64,000 nt of DNA from Mobula hypostoma (Eukaryota): positions 104,596,001 to 104,660,000 of the forward strand of contig NC_086097.1 in NCBI RefSeq assembly GCF_963921235.1. The letters are read 5' to 3'. This document shows, one piece after another, positions 63,931 through 64,000 of this stretch. Position numbers and translations under genes: made by a program. A model generated the notes under the pieces. That model saw nothing but the letters and a program-made list of their open reading frames with translations, was not told where the DNA came from and ran no database searches. The stretch's first letter is position 1; each line of letters starts with the position of its first letter.

Positions 63931-64000
63931 AAGTCTCCTCTCAGCAGCCCATGGAGTAAGACGTGTGTTGGCGCTACTCCTTCCTTTTACAACTTACTTT

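Overview
Eukaryotic (vertebrate) genomic DNA. The repeat families suggest a cartilaginous fish, possibly a ray; that is inference only. The window looks like a centromere-to-arm transition. 1-~25.85 kb is a very homogeneous head-to-tail 167-bp satellite (~155 monomers) with no CpG in its consensus. Hybrid monomers and a 5'-truncated CR1 LINE (26.1-27.2 kb) mark the edge of that block. An older, diverged form of the same satellite runs from 27.2 to 48.85 kb. It shows traces of multimeric duplication and a fold-back inversion, and holds a 4.84-kb internally deleted Gmr1-like Gypsy LTR element. The last 15 kb is a tandem C2H2 zinc-finger (ZNF) cluster: one long open finger array (60.1-62.4 kb, minus strand), several pseudogenes, and CR1, Rex1/Babar, RTE-like and Tc1 fragments. 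Most notably, the satellite ends by running directly into a copy of the ZNF genes' shared acceptor/exon-start module, occupying the place of the finger exon. The monomer also shows patchy colinear similarity to that module. The hundreds of short ORFs in the satellite are artefacts. All alignments were made by eye.
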